Below, one piece after another: positions 37,976 to 49,975 of a stretch of DNA of 64,000 nucleotides (positions are counted from its first letter, which is position 1; every line of letters starts with the position of its first letter). The notes under the pieces are model-generated. The model was not told where the DNA came from. It searched no databases and saw only the letters and a program-made list of their open reading frames with translations. A program made the translations under genes and the position numbers. This DNA comes from Squalus acanthias (lineage: Eukaryota): positions 15,254,001-15,318,000 of the forward strand of contig CM059432.1 in NCBI GenBank assembly GCA_030390025.1, read 5' to 3'.

Positions 37976-38062
37976 TTGGACTCATCAGTCACCTGAGAAC
38001 TCATTTTTCGTGTGGAAGCAAGTCATCCTCGGTTCCGAGGGACTGCCGAAGAAGAAGAAGAA
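37976..38062 (+). mobile_element. Short retroposed insert, RTE-like 3' end with (GAA)n tail
   Basis: 11-bp TSD GATAGACTTCA at 37965-37975 and 38063-38073; trinucleotide tail. Confidence 0.75.
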
Positions 38063-38315
38063 GATAGACTTCAAGAGGGCATAGACAGGCTGGTGGAATG
38101 GGCGGACATGTGGCAGATGAAATTTAACGCAGAAAAGTGCGAAGCGATACATTTTGGTAGGAAGAACGAGGAGAGGCAATATAAACCAAAGGCTGCAACT
38201 CTAAAGGGGGTGCATGAACAGAGAGGCCTGGGGGTATGTGTGCACAAATTGTTGAAGGTGGCAGGGCAGGTTGACCAAGCGGATGCTGGGCTTCATAAAT
38301 AGAGACATATATATA

Positions 38316-38900
38316 GGCTGGATTTTGTCTTGGGGTTGTGTTACCCGCATTTCGTGTTGTCCCCCCGACTCCAGATTAATGTGGATGAATGATGCAATTT
38401 TCACTTAATTGGGCAATTGAGTTCCAGCATGTGGGAACCCATGAACTAATTAGTGGTTTCAGTGGGAAAGTCGCCTCTGATGATGTCATCATTGCAGGCT
38501 GCCTGGTCTCAGAGATTGTCGGCTTTTGCTGTGAGTGGACCTGTCTGGATTTTGAGAGAGAGAGAGAGAGTTCTAATAGTGCACCTGCAGCTGATAGTCA
38601 GCTATCCACTTGTGCTCCCACCAGGTTTCACTGGAGTGTTTCACATCAAGCGTACTTCACGTCAGAAAAAGGTTAAACTAGCTAAAACGTTTCAAAATGG
38701 CATTACAGAGCTAATTTAGGCCTTGTTAATGGCTTTAATGGCCTCTCCCTCCTCTTGGAGGCGGGAACTCCGTGACCGATTTTGTCAAAATTGCGTGGAG
38801 GCGGGATGGAGTCGTGATGGGGTCGAGACCCCCGACCCCGCAACTTTAACCCCCCACACGCCTCCAAACCCGACTCCACAGGTCATTGAAAATCCAGCCC
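38316..38900. mobile_element. Harbinger-like element (family of 8627-9305)
   Basis: GGCTGGATTTT/AAAATCCAGCCC termini; ATA flanks; interrupts the CR1 frame. Confidence 0.87.
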
Positions 38901-40825
38901 ATAGAGTACAAAAGCAAGGAAGTTATGATGAACCTTTATAAAACACTGGTTCGGCCTCAACTGGAGTATTGTGTCCAATTCTGGGCACCGCACTTTAGGA
39001 AGGATGTGAAGGCCTTAGAGAGGGTGCAGAAAAGATTTACAAGAATGATTTCAGGGATGAGGAACTTCAGTTACGTGGATAGACTAGAGAAGCTGGGGTT
39101 GTTCTCCTTAGAGCAGAGAAGGTTGAGAGGAGATTTGATAGAGGTGTTCAAAATCATGAGGGATCCAGACAGAGTAGATAGAGAGAAACTGTTCCCATTG
39201 GCGGATGGGTCGAGAACCAGAGGACACAGAATTAAGGTGATTGGCAGAAGAACCAAAGGTGACATGAGGGAAAACTTTTTTACGCAGCGAGTGGTTAGGA
39301 TCTGGAATGCACTACCCGAAAGGGTGGTGGAGGCAGATTCAATCGTGGCTTTCAAAAGGGGAATTGGATAAGTACCTGAAGGGCTACGGGGAGAGGGCAG
39401 GGGAGTGGGACTAGCTGAAGTGCTCTTTCAGAGAGCCGGCACGGGCTTGACGGGCTGAATGGCCTCCTTCTGTGCTGTAACAATTCTATGATTCTATGAT
39501 CTCTGCGCTCCTCCGGACTTGGCCTCCTGAGCATCCCCGGTTTTCATCGCTCCACCATTGGCGGCCGTGCCTTCAGCTCCCTAGGCCCGAAGCTCTGGAA
39601 TTACCTCCCTAAACCTCTCGGACTCTCTCTCCTCCTTTAAAACGCTCCTTAAAACCCACCGATTTGACCAACCTGTCCTAATATCTCCTCATGTGGCTCA
39701 GTGTCAATTTTTGTTCGATAACGCTCCTGTGAAGCGCCATGAGACATTTTACTACATGGAAGGCACTATATAAATGCAAGTTGTTGTTGTTGTTGTTGTT
39801 GTGAAAATCATGACAGCCAAGCCTGATCCTATCCTCGCCTGACATCCACACATGTGCACGCTCCAACAGAGGATAGCAATCAGGAGGAGACACCCTGGCT
39901 GATTTCCCCTCCCACCCTCTCTAGCTCAGAGGTGATGAGGCCAACAGCCACACTGGCTGAGACGAGCTAACCCAGAAGGGACTGGGAATCAACGCTGTAA
40001 ACTTCTTAGTCTCCATCTGCTGAGCCATCAAGTGATCCACTCTGCATTGCAATCCTCATCTGCAGAAAATATCCATGCAAACGCCGTCTATTTGGCCTGA
40101 AGTACCTTGATGTGTCCTTGGAGATGGGGCAGCACCAAAATAATATGGCAATTTACAAAAAATTGCAAAGAAACAATTCCCAAACAACATTTAAGTGGCA
40201 TTTAGAACATTTAATGAGATTTTAAACCTACCATCTGAATATAGTGGACATGCTAGCGCAATTAAAAATCAATCAAAACCTGCCCAATTAATTTAAAAGG
40301 TCTCAGTGGTTGATTAATGGAGGTTAATAGAATTAACCTTCCTCAGACTCAGACTCTTTAACCTTCTCTTGTTCTCATTAAAATGGACTTTGTATTGATA
40401 ATTTTCTTAGTTTGAAACACATTCTTGTTATTTTCTCCGTTCCCCCATTTAATTGTCAGTAGAAATTATTCTTTCACGTGCTGCTTTGTAGCTCAATGTC
40501 ACTTCCTGTATTCCTTGTCAATTTGGTGACCAGTTAATTTGTGCCGTACTCAGTTCAGTTGATTATTTATTTGCCTGACAGAGGCTCTCCCTCGGTTTTC
40601 CCTTCATCCCTTCTCCTGACAGTACCGCCCAGTAGTCTCCACTAGGGGTGTGGAGAATCACACCTTGATGCCAAGCTTCACCTGCAACACCACCGATTTG
40701 GTGCACAATTACGTTTTACTCTACACTGCAACTGTTTTGCCTGTCATCTCTTCTTTTATACTCCCTTAATTTTATGCCCATTTTCTACTCAGTAGAATGT
40801 TACTGCCCCACCTCTGCCAATATCA

Positions 40826-41298
40826 AAAGAAAATAGAAAGACTTGCATTTATATAGCGCCTTTCACGACCACCGGACGTCTCAAAGCGCTTTACAGCCAA
40901 TGAAGTACTTTTGGAGTGTGGTCTCTGTTGTAATGTGGGAAACGCCGCAACCAATTTGCATACAGCAAGCTCCCACAAACAGCAATGTGATAATGACCAG
41001 ATAATCTACTTTAGTGATGTTGATTGAGGGATATATATTGGCCAGGACACCGGGGATAACTCCCCTGCTCTTCTTCGAAATAGTGCCTTGGGATCTTTTA
41101 TGTCCACCTGAGAGAGCAGACGGGGCTCGGTTTAACGCCTCATACGAAAGACGGCACCTCCGACAGTGCAGCACTCCCTCAGCACTGCACTGGAGTGTCA
41201 GCCTAGCTTTATTTGCTCAAGTCCCTGGAGTGGGACTTGAACCCACAACCTATCTGACTCAGAGGCGAGTGTGCTACCCACTGAGCCACGGCTGACAC
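40826..41298 (-). mobile_element. Full-length DeuSINE
   Basis: Intact A/B boxes, Deu core, tail. Confidence 0.9.
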
Positions 41299-41529
41299 CG
41301 TCAATCCATAAATGTCAGCCCGATGGTTTCTCCTCCTTTCATATAGAGCAGCAGCTCTCCTGGTGGCCAGACTAATATTAAGATTCTACGGTATCAGTGC
41401 CCCAGGAGTAGCAAGGTATCTCACTCCTGGTCGTTACTCAGTGATCCTCGCTGGAATTGTACATCACTGGCTGTCGAGCGAGGAACATGACCAGGCTCAG
41501 CTACAATAACCACTAGGGATGAATAGCAC

Positions 41530-41990
41530 ACAAACAACAACTTGCAGTTATATAGCGCCTTTAAGGTAGTAAAACGTCCCAAGGTGCCTCACAGGAGCGT
41601 TGTCAAACAAAATTTTGACACCCAGCCACATAAGGAGATACAAGGACAGGTAACCAAAAGCTTGGTCAAAGAAGTAGGTTTTAAGGAGGAGGAGAGAGAG
41701 AGGCGGAGAGGTTCAGGGAGGGAATTCCAGAGCTTAAAGGCCGAGGCAGCTGAAGGCACGGCCGCCAATGGCGGAGCGATGAATATCGGGGATGCGCAAG
41801 AGGCCAGAATTGGAGGAGCGCAGAGATCTCGGAGGGTTGTAGGGCTGAAGGCGGTTACACAGAGAGGGAGGAATTTGAAAACAAGGATGAGAATTTTAAC
41901 ATCGAGGCGTTGCCGGACCGGTAGCTAATGTAGGTCAGCGAGCACAGGGACGATGGATGAATGGCACTTGGAGCGAGTTAGGATATGGGC
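41530..41990 (-). mobile_element. L2 LINE 3' end
   Basis: Antisense GGRAFS..LWNSLP-type C-terminus; tail AAGGCGCTATATAA shared with the DeuSINEs; (CAA)n. Confidence 0.82.
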
Positions 41991-42668
41991 AATTATAACA
42001 CATAAATGAAGAACGGTACCTGGATGAAAACTGTAACCTGACATTAGAGACTTTTATTTTGTTCTTTCCAATTTTCTTATCACCTCACCTAAGTACCAAC
42101 ACCTCTCCCAAGTGTGCACTCTACATGTATGAGCTTAGACAGTGAATGTTAGCAACCTATTCAGCCATGGTGCCTCTCACAACCAATCCCAATATTGACC
42201 TCATCCTGTGTCCTTATAGGTGCACTTTCCCGCAGGACTCAGTGTGGTACATCTTCATGCTGGGAGCACATATTAGAAATTCAGGGGCTGCCCCTCACAG
42301 GCATTTCTATCCATTAATATTAAGTTAAAATTACTGGACAGTAAATAGTGGCGGTATATGCTTGAATTCCAGATATGAAATCCAGGTTGCCCAAGTTCTG
42401 AGCAAGAGCACCAAAGAGGAAAGTTTACCCGAATGGGTGGCAATCAGGAGCAAGAACACTGGTGGATTGTTTTTCTCTGTCCCTTCCTAACCTGGAGATC
42501 CTGAGGCCAGTTTGAATAGCCTCACCACTGCCAAGGCCAAAATCAACTGATTCAGTACAGACCTTCTCAATCTGTATGCTTCAATAACTCGCCAAGTGCT
42601 GTATTTACCTGTTGGGCATTCTGGGGTGGCCTTTTTGGCTTCAAATTGGGCAACACAAATATTATATG

Positions 42669-42764
42669 TTTCTCTCTCCACAGATGCTGCCCGACCTGCT
42701 GAGTATTTCCAGCATTTTCTCTTTTTATTTCAGATTTCCAGCATCCGCAGTATTTTGCTTTTGT
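42669..42764 (+). mobile_element. Severely 5'-truncated Penelope-like pLTR tail
   Basis: Matches the reverse complement of 17337-17428; 14-bp TSD ACAAATATTATATG at 42655-42668 and 42765-42778. Confidence 0.85.
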
Positions 42765-43884
42765 ACAAATATTATATGGTTCACCTTTCTACTATCCCAT
42801 CAAACCAATTCTTAATTTAAAGATTCAAGAAATCAGTCAACAGGGCTGCACATGCATCGGTGAACATATTTATAGTTATCCCAAATCTCACCTTTATTTC
42901 GCAGATTTTGAGGCTGTACATAGATGTATATATATATTTTTTTTAAATCTACATCATGCTTCTTGGGCTCACAATTCCCTGCGTTTATTGCACATGTCCA
43001 GGCATGTTCAGTCACTGAGAAACATTATGCTGTACACGTTCGAATCTGAAAGAGGAGCCTTGATCTGGGAGCTGCTAAAATCGCTTGCTGCTTTTATTTA
43101 ACCGACACGTGAATATTTGGCTCAAAATGTAATCAGTTCAAGGGCTGAGTTAAATGCTGAAACAATTGACGTGATTCAAATTATTAGGCTAGTGGTGAGA
43201 AAACATAGAATATGAAAAGTAGCAGGCAAGGGTTCAGTCTATCAACAGCAATAACCTATCTGTGGGAGGTTAATTACGCTCAACAGTCAAAGCCTTCTCA
43301 TTGTATTATTGATACAGTCAAGCACAGTTAAATACCCCTTACTGATATCATCGCAGGCTTCAATGCTGCAGGGGACCTGGGAAATGAGTTCATTTAAAGC
43401 ATTAAATGTCTCTAGGCTTATTCAGATATAATATGAATATTTTTTTGCAATAATGTGCATTATCGTTTTTGGCAGTTGCCTCCCCTGATCTCCTGAAGGC
43501 ACCAACACTTGCTGAGGTACCTCACCCAAGTGTACAGCCTGGACGGGGAGTATCGGCAAGCTATTTAACTGTGAGGTAGATCATAGCTGATCCTATCCTC
43601 AGCCAGCACCCACATAATAACACTTGCCGGCTTCATTAGCTAATAATCAGAACAGTAACTCTGGGTCATTTCTTCCCCTCCCCACTAAAGGAGGTTGAGA
43701 TCAATTATAGTGCCTCAACTGTTGACCAATGGAAATCCGATAATTCATTAAGGCTCAAGAACTGAACCTGGGATCTTCTGTTTTGTATGGCTCAGAATGA
43801 GAAAGGCTAACAGAGTGAATCTTTGCTGGGACAAGGTAAGGGAATGAGTTTGGCCGGACCATGCCTTTGACACTGAGACAGACC

Positions 43885-46702
43885 TTTTTTATTAGTTCCT
43901 GGGATGTGGGCATCGCTGGCAAGGCCAGCATTTATTGCCCTTGAGAAGGTGGTGGTGAACTTGGAGGGGAACTTGCAGGTGATGGTGTTCCCATGCGCCT
44001 GCTGCCCTTGTCCTTCTAGGTGGTGGAGGTTGCGGGTTTGGGAGGTGCTGTCGAAGAAGCCTTGGTGAGTTGCTGCAGTGCATCTTGTAGATGGTACACC
44101 CTGCAGCCACGGTATGCTGGTGGTGCAGAGAGTGAATGTTTAAGGTGGTGGATGGGGTGCCAATCATACGGGCTGCTTTGTTCTGGATGGTATCGAGCTT
44201 TTTAAGTGTTGTTGGAGCTGCACTCATCCAGGAAAGTGGAGATTATTCCATCACACTCCTTACTTGTGCCTTGTAGATGGTGGAAAGGCTTTGGGGAGTC
44301 AGGAGGTGAGATACTTTCTGTAGAATAACCAGCCTCTGACCTGCTCTTGTTGCCACAGTATTTATGTGGCTGGTCCAGTTAAGTTTCTGGCCAATGGTGA
44401 TCCCAGGATGTTGATGGTGGGGGATTTGGTGATGGTAATGCTGTTGAATGTCAAGGGGCGGTGGTTAGACTCTCGCTTGTGATGGAGGGAAGGTCATTGA
44501 TGAAGCAGCTGAAGATGGTTGGGCCTAGGACACTGCCCTGAGGAACTCCTGCAGCGATGTCCTGGGGCTGAGATGATTGGCCTCCAACCACCACAACCAT
44601 CTTCCTTTGTGCTAGGTATGACTCCAGCCAGTGCAGAGTTTTCTCCCTGATTCCTATTGACTTCAATTTTACTAGGGCTCCTTGATGCCACACTCGGTCA
44701 AATGCTGCCTTGATGTCACTCTCACCTCACCTCTGGAAATCAGCTCTTTTGTCCATGTTTGGACCAAGGCTGAAATGAGGTCTGGAGCCGAGTGGTCCTG
44801 GCGGAACCCAAACTGGGCATCAGTGAACAGGTTATTGGTGAGTAAGTGGCGCTTGATAGCACTGTCGAAGACACCTGCCATCACTTTGCTGATGATGAAG
44901 AGTACACTGATGGGGCAGTAATTGACCGGATTGGATTTGTCCTGCTTTTTGTGGACAGGACATATCTGGGCAGTTTTCCACATTGTCGGGTAGATGCCAG
45001 TATTGTAGCTGTACTGAAACAGCTTGACTAGAGGCGCGGCTAGTTCTGGAGCACAAGTCTTCAGCACGACAGCCGGGATGTTGTCAGGGCCCATAGCCTT
45101 TGCTGTATCCAGTGCGCTCAGCCGTTTCCTGATATCACATGGAGTGAATCGAATTGGCTGAAGACTGGCTTCTGTGATGGTGCGGTCGTCAGGAGGATGC
45201 CGATATGGATCACTCGGCACCTTTGGCTGAAGATGGTTGCGAACGCTTCAGCCTTGTCTTTTGCACTCGCATGCTGGGCTCCACCGTCATTGAGGATGGG
45301 GATATTCATGGAGCCTCCTCCTCCTGTTAGTCGTTTAATTGTCCACCACCATTCATGACTGGATGAGGCAGGACTGCAAAGATTTGATCTGATCCATTGA
45401 TTGTGGGATTGCTTAACTCTGTCTATAGCATGCTGCTTCCATTGTTTAGCATGCATGTAGTCCTGTGTTGCAGCTTCCCCAGGTTGGCACCTCATTTTTA
45501 GGTATGCCTGGTGCTGATCCTGGCATGCTCTTCTGCACTCCTCATTGAACCAGGGTTGGTCCCCTGGCTTGATGGTAATGGTAGAGTGAGGGATATGCCA
45601 GGCCATGAGGTTACAGATTGTGGTGGAATACAATTCTGCTGCTGCCCCACAGTGCCTCATGGATACCCAGTTTTGAGCTGCTAGATCTGTTCTGAATCTA
45701 TCCCATTTAGCACGGTGGTAGTGCCACACAACACGATGGAGGGTGTCCTCGGTGTGAAGACGAGATTTCGTCTCCACAAGGACTGTGCGGTGGTCACTGC
45801 TACCAATACTGTCATGAACAGATGCATCTGCGACAGGTAGATTGGTGAGGACGAGGTTAAGTAGGTTTTTCCCTCGTGTTGGTTCTCTCACAGTCATGTC
45901 CTTCAGGACTCGGCCAGTAGTGGTGCTACTGGACATTGAAGTCCCCCACCCAGAGTCCATTCTGTGCCCTTGCTACTCTCAGTGCTTCTTCCAATTGGTG
46001 TTCAACATGGAGGAGTACTGATTCATCAGCTGAGGGAGGGCAGTAAGTGGTAATCAGCAGGAGGCTTCCTTGCCGAAGCCATGAGACTTCATGGGGTCTG
46101 AAGTCAATGTTGAGGATTCCCAGGGCCACTCCCTCACGACTGTACACTGTGCCGCCACCTCTGGTGGGTCTGTCCTGCCAGTGGGACAGGACATACCAAG
46201 CGATGGTGATGGAGTCTGGGACATTGGCTGAAAGTTATGATTCTGTGAGTATGACTAGCCTGTGGGACTAGTCAAGTCCCCAGATGTTAGTGAGGAGGAC
46301 TTTGCAGGGTCGACTGGGCTGGGTGTGCCGTTGTCATGTACAAAAGTGGTGCTGCGGTCAATGCCGGGTGGTCCGTCCGGTTTTATTCTTATTATTGTTT
46401 TTCGTAGCAGTTGTGTACAACTGAGTGGCTTGCTAGGCCATTTCAGATGGCAGTTAAAAGTCACATTTCAGCCAGACCAGGTAAGGACGGCAGATTTCCT
46501 TCCCTAAAGGACATTAGTGAACCAGTTGGGTTTTTACGACAATCCGGTAGTTTCATGGTCACCATTACTGATACTAGCTTTTTATTCCAGATTTATTTAA
46601 TTAACTGAATTTAATTGTGGGATTTGAACTCACGTCTCTGGATCATTATGTCCAGGCCTCTGGATTACAAGTCCAGTAACATAACTACTATGCTACCATT
46701 CC
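43885..46702 (-). mobile_element. Near full-length LINE family B: tRNA-like head, 5'UTR, single APE-RT ORF (decayed), poly-A
   Basis: KVLLTNIWGL start, VGDFN, NLLNLVLTN, SDHRTV (APE); KAMGPDNIP, QFGFRQ, GVPQGSVLGP (RT); deletion near 44480 removes the ADD motif. Confidence 0.9.
46617..46697 (-). promoter_or_regulatory. tRNA(Thr)-like Pol III head (A box, anticodon arm, B box)
   Basis: Minus strand GGTAGCATAGTAGTT; CTGGA-CTTGTAA-TCCAG (anticodon TGT); GTGAG-TTCAAAT-CCCAC. Confidence 0.72.
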
Positions 46703-48300
46703 TGACTATTACTGAATGTCCAAGAGTAGACAGGTAGGTGAGAATTAGTCAAAATTAATTAAGTCTAGAGTAGCATAGAAGTTAGGAGTAGAGTAATGAC
46801 AGAACAACAGCTAGGCTAGTGATGCACATATCATTTGGGATGTTTCTGAATACTTTGCAAATCATGAGGAGTACATATTCATGAAGTGCCAGAGTGTTGT
46901 GTTGTTCAACCAGAGTAAGGGTGAGCTCAAGGACCCATCTACAGTCCACAGCATGGGAGCAAACATTCCTGGAAGACACATTCCAGAAGGCGGTCATCAC
47001 ATAGAAAGAATGAGTAGAGAAACAGAGGAAGGGAAGTAGGTGACCCCCCTCCCCCACAATGAGAGGGGGATGAGGAGTAAGACTAGGAAAAAGGGGCAAC
47101 AAGAGCAACAAGTATAGGAAAACCTGTGTGTCTGGACTTGCTGAATACAGGCCTAGAAAACCCTGAGGGGTGCGATCTGATCGTTTTGCTAGGATATTGC
47201 AAAGTATTACAAAGTATTTACAGCACAGAAACAGGCTCTTCGACCCAACAGGTCCATGTCTGTGTTTAAGCTCCACACGAGCCTCCTCCCACCCGTCTTC
47301 ATCTAAGTCCATCAACATCTCCTCCTCTTCCTTTCTCCCTCATGTGCTCGTTAAAGTTAGTTCCCGTCAGTGACCTCTGTCACCGACCCCAATGGTCTAT
47401 TCAGGGTCAGTGGGGGAATCACCTAATCCGCGCGTGGGCAGAAGGCATCCGTGCCACTCGTGGCACATTTTGGGTGCCCACCTACCCGGAATGCTGTAAA
47501 GATCATCCTGTGAGATTCGAACTAAGAAAGCCTACGGGCCTGTGTCTGCAGGCCCAGCTCCATCCTCCGGGGAAGGCCCAGAAATCTCAAGGCAATGTAA
47601 ATGAGGCAGAGACCTGTCAAAATAGGCCTTAAATTTCCATCATTTGCAGGGGTTTTTTTTAATTTTTATTTCTACAGCAATGAAGAAGTCCTATCTAAGG
47701 ATGAGCTGCACAATGGGGTGAGGAACCAGTGGAAACATTTCCCAAGAATATAATGAGGCTTCGTTGGTCAGCATCACCGCCTGACAGAAATTTCTTTGCC
47801 ACAGAATGTGGCATGCCTCCCATCAGACACAAAGACCTCTGCACTCGATTTTCTGACGCACGCCTCAGTCTAGCAAACCTCACAGAATCAACCCTGTAGA
47901 CGTGAACAAAGAGAGTGCAATACAAAAATAAATCTCAAGCCATTACTTTTACATTAAAATCCTGTCCATTTCCTTTTGAAAAAGCTTCTAGAGGCGCTAC
48001 ACTCACCGTGCTTGTTGTCATTTAATTCCAGCAGTTTTAACTTTACTGAGAAGTTGAACCTAAGTAGCCTCTAATGCAACCTTTCCTAAGGGCTCCTGTT
48101 GCTCCTGTTTGTACTCAACAGCCTTGACTATATCCATTTATATAGCCTCTGTTCATTCTGAAGCACTTGAATCATTCTCTCCGCAATCTTTCATTTTTTT
48201 TATTTGTTTCCTTAGTTGGTCCTCTTCTTTCCTGAAAGCACTAACTGTTGCTAGCGACAATTTCACCAGTGCTGGCAATCCTCTGGTACCTTACCCAAGT

Positions 48301-49582
48301 TGTGAAGGAATAAGCCATATTCAGAAAAATACACCATTCTATGAAAGAATTCTAGACTTATTAAAACATGACATACTGGGTTTGGAAATCTAAAAACCTA
48401 ACAGTGGAGAAGCTGTAAACAGCATACAGGCTATTGAGATAAGATAAGTTGTTGACACTGAATCAATAACCTTATTGATACAGGAGGTTGGAAGCTCCTG
48501 AAGTCTGAAGCTTTGGAAAGAACACAATGGTACACCCTGTTAAGGTGTCTTAAACCAACACTTCGGAAAGAAACACAGAAAATTAAGAAACATATGCCTT
48601 CATAAAAATGACATCAAATGAAACACAGGAAACACGATTCTGTGTTGCAACCAGCTGAGGTAACTAAGAAGACAATGGTGCACCCTGTTGAGGTGTTTTA
48701 ATATACATGTAGTAAAAAGACATAAACAGAAGACCTTGGTAAGAATGACATCAAATAGATGCATCTGCTGTCACACCGTTTTTATGATAAGCTCTGAACA
48801 CCTAGGGTAGAGACACGATTCTTAATGCTACCAGCTGAACTGACTGTAAGAATAGCAGGGGTCAGCAGAAAAATGACTAGAGATAATTAGCTTACATCAG
48901 CAGAAAACTTCAAAGGACATACCACTGAAAAAGGATATAAATATTGAACTTTCAAATGGGATGATAGTCTCGCTGTAAAGGGGCAAAGCGATTCTCGGCT
49001 TCAGAGGCAAGCTCTGTAAGTCTACAACTCTTTGTACCTCGGGGATCAAGGTATTGTACTGTATTTGATTTTGGTGGATATCCTGGAATAAAGACTAAGA
49101 ACTGTAAAAATGTAACGAAGTTAAGATTTGAGAATAAGGATCTCTGATAATAGAATTGTAAGATTTCTGTTTTTGGAACTGTTAATGTTGCGATTGAATC
49201 ACCAACTGCAAATTACATGTCGGTTCTTTAATAAATCTATATATTTTTAGAATTGTCTCACATAATACTTCTGTATCAAACTCGCGAACTCAATCTCTGT
49301 ACGCTCTTTGGTGAGGAGTTGCAGAATTCTGGGGGAGTTATCCGGACCCTCATAATATCCGGAAGGTTACAGTCTAGCTAAACTTATTAAAAGTGCTATC
49401 TGGAGGACGGTAACATCTTCAGGTTGTTCCTTTCCTTTAGGGAAAGATAGTCTGGACCTTTAGACCCAATTAAGCATCTTTAGGATTCGGCTACCTCAAA
49501 CTTTAGTTGAAAGTGAACGTCTGGGGAATACGCCTGATCGGGGGTAGCCCTAAAGGGGCTAGGACTAGTAATTATCCCTTCA
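48301..49582 (+). mobile_element. Solo LTR (1282 bp)
   Basis: TGTGAAGG...CCCTTCA; 4-bp TSD AAGT; TATAAATA 48936-48943; AATAAA at 49087 and 49230; interrupts an old SINE. Confidence 0.85.
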
Positions 49583-49693
49583 AAGTGGCCATTCTTTATA
49601 TGCCAGTTTGCACATTAAAGTGTTGGCAGGCTATTTAACCATGGAAGCAGCGCAGCCAAACACAATGCTGCCTTCATCTGACTTCCTTTGGGC

Positions 49694-49815
49694 GGTAGAC
49701 TGGCACAGCAGGTAGACCGGCACAGCGGGTAGACTGGCACAGCAGGTAGACCGGCACAGCGGGTAGACTGGCACAGCAGGTAGACCGGCACAGCGGGTAG
49801 ACTGGCACAGCGGGT
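49694..49815 (+). repeat. Minisatellite, 7 x 17 bp with alternating variants
   Basis: GGTAGACTGGCACAGCA alternates with GGTAGACCGGCACAGCG. Confidence 0.95.
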
Positions 49816-49975
49816 CACCCACTCCATCATGTCAGCTGGGTTCTCCGACAGGCGGGTGATCCACTCTGACCACTTGCTGCCCAAACAAAGAAGGTGAAAA
49901 TTACCCCCAAGTGCTTTCCAGCAGGGGCTTTTCTTCTCCCTTGACCAACAATACTATGCACAATTGTAGTGCCAC

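Larger units (their letters stand above)
37701..39497 (+). mobile_element. CR1 LINE RT to 3' end with two nested insertions
   Basis: GVP.GSVLG, SKFADDTKLG, LVRPQLEYCVQFWAP, FFTQRVVRIWNALP. Confidence 0.93.
37660..39802 (+). mobile_element. L2 LINE 3' end split by a CR1 (37660-37700 and 39498-39802)
   Basis: ACAACCCTCTGAG|ATCTCTGCGCTCCTCC rejoins to match the L2 copy at 41530-41990; (TTG)n tail. Confidence 0.8.

Noticed and set aside
41225..41298. tRNA genes (also about 19945-20014, 32075-32141, 46617-46697)
   Set aside because: These are retroelement heads joined to SINE/LINE bodies; no clear acceptor stem or terminator.
45118..45960. 280-aa ORF as an intact gene
   Set aside because: A frameshifted piece of the LINE family B APE-linker region.
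46782..47318. 178-aa hydrophobic minus-strand ORF
   Set aside because: Begins in a CR1-like tail; hydrophobicity reflects a pyrimidine-rich strand; no motif.
49694..49815. CRISPR-like array
   Set aside because: Head-to-tail repeats without unique spacers, eukaryotic context, no cas genes.
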